Below, piece after piece: positions 53,661 through 54,679 of a DNA stretch of 54,679 nucleotides. The DNA is taken from assembly GCA_964428265.1 (NCBI GenBank), contig CAYRXK010000002.1, forward strand, positions 1 to 54,679. Direction: 5' to 3'. This stretch comes from an uncultured Treponemataceae bacterium (lineage in GTDB: Bacteria > Spirochaetota > Spirochaetia > Treponematales > Rectinemataceae). The position numbers and the translations under genes were made by a program. Below the pieces are notes generated by a model. It saw only the letters and a list, made by a program, of their open reading frames with translations, was not told the DNA's origin and ran no database searches. The stretch's first letter is position 1. Every line of letters starts with the position of its first letter.

Positions 53661-54679
53661 ATGGAAATTCACGCAAGGAATTCCAGATTCCGGCTGGCAT
53701 TCTTCCTTCCCGCCGCCTTCATGTGCAGTTTTGCGCTCGGCCTGAACGGTCTGGGCATCATTTTCGACCTGAAGACGCGCTTCGGGCTTACCCCTTCCGG
53801 TTCCGGCATATTGAGCGCGCTGTGGGCCCTGGCCTACTTTACCGGCTGTTATGCGCTGCCGCCGTTGACCAAGGCCATCTTGCCCTACAAGGCAATGTTT
53901 TTTTCCAATGTGTCGGGCATGATCATTCTGGGCACCTATCTGGTTTTCCCCTCCTCCGGCATCTTTTTCGCGCTGAACACGGTCTTCGGATTCACCACCG
54001 CGATGTTCTGGCCCTCCCTGATGGGCTGGATTTCCCATGGTCTTGAAGGGCGCGTGCTCGCGCGCACGAATTCGTACTTTTCGCTGTCCTGGAGCCTGGG
54101 CGGCGTTGCCGCCCCCTTTGTCGCGGGCCTGTTGGCGGAACGGATCAGCTGGTTGCCGACCCTGGTCGCGGCTTCGGTGTTCGCGGCCAATGCGCTGTTC
54201 ATGTTCTTTGCCCATCGGCTTGCCGAAGATCCGCCCCTTCGGGCGGCATCCGGAACTGCAGCCGGAAGCGCCGCGGATGCCGCGCGCGCCCCCGATGCGG
54301 TTGTGGACCGCTCGACCCCACTGCGCTTTCCCGCCTGGGCGGGCGCCATGATCGTCTACATTCCCGTATCGGTATTGTCCAGCGTGTTTCCGCTGTTCGC
54401 CGTGCAGGATCTCGGCCTTCAGGAATCTTCCATAGGTTCGCTGCTGCTCGTGCGGGCGCTCGCCACCGCCACCGGGTTCCTGTTCTTCGGCCGCTACGTG
54501 TTCTGGCATTTCCGCAAGTCGCTGATCGTGGCGCCTCTCGGACTGCTGCTGCTTATAAGCCTTGCGATGCTCGCCGCGCGCAGTCCCGCCGTTCTCGCCC
54601 CGCTTCTGGCCGCCATCGGCGTGGCGCAGGCCTGGGCGTACGGCAATTCGATGTTCTACGGCGCCTCGGGCGCCCCGGA
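53661..54679 (+). CDS. MFS-type transporter (3' end beyond the window)
   Basis: Not in the supplied track because it has no stop in the window. My hand translation from ATG 53661 is open to the window end (339 codons) and gives a hydrophobic multi-TM protein (MEIHARNSRFRLAFFLPAAFMCSFALGLNGLG...). Two halves are separated by a Pro/Ala-rich cytoplasmic loop, as in MFS permeases. Confidence 0.7.
   Translation, partial: MEIHARNSRFRLAFFLPAAFMCSFALGLNGLGIIFDLKTRFGLTPSGSGILSALWALAYFTGCYALPPLTKAILPYKAMFFSNVSGMIILGTYLVFPSSGIFFALNTVFGFTTAMFWPSLMGWISHGLEGRVLARTNSYFSLSWSLGGVAAPFVAGLLAERISWLPTLVAASVFAANALFMFFAHRLAEDPPLRAASGTAAGSAADAARAPDAVVDRSTPLRFPAWAGAMIVYIPVSVLSSVFPLFAVQDLGLQESSIGSLLLVRALATATGFLFFGRYVFWHFRKSLIVAPLGLLLLISLAMLAARSPAVLAPLLAAIGVAQAWAYGNSMFYGASGAP

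Overview
GC-rich (by eye well above 60%) and densely packed. I call 50 protein-coding genes (one open at the 3' edge), 3 tRNAs and no rRNA. I see no CRISPR array, transposase, integrase, phage gene or recognisable defence gene. Almost everything is core housekeeping, arranged in conserved clusters: surE; carAB; rpsB-tsf-frr-uppS-cdsA-dxr-rseP; rpsF-ssb-rpsR-(DUF2232-like)-rplI-dnaB; hisS-trmB; an HrpA-like helicase; xseAB; nnr; secA; an NFACT/RqcH-like protein; an ABC importer; ispE-spoVG-tRNA-Gln-rplY-tilS-ftsH; rplU-rpmA-obg-nadD-yqeK-LCP-rsfS; argS; ligA. Many neighbouring genes overlap by ATGA or TGATG, which suggests translational coupling. From memory, the gene order (no pyrH between tsf and frr; dxr-rseP after cdsA; spoVG next to L25) matches Treponema/Spirochaeta-type genomes. 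That assignment is inference only. The many long antisense or alternate-frame ORFs in the track are the usual high-GC stop-codon-depletion artefacts. I do not see a convincing new multi-gene system. The best leads are: (1) a stand-alone hyper-acidic Asp/Phe-repeat 106-aa protein with its own promoter and SD (44572-44892); (2) a perfect 10-bp inverted repeat over the carAB promoter in an AT-rich divergent control region; (3) an unrecognised lipoprotein translationally coupled to Nnr and followed by a NUDIX gene; (4) an LCP-family enzyme embedded in the nadD-yqeK-rsfS cluster; (5) an unrecognised C-terminal module on the HrpA-like helicase; (6) an A/T-ending rare-codon island inside secA. All promoter, terminator and operator calls are pattern-based and unverified.
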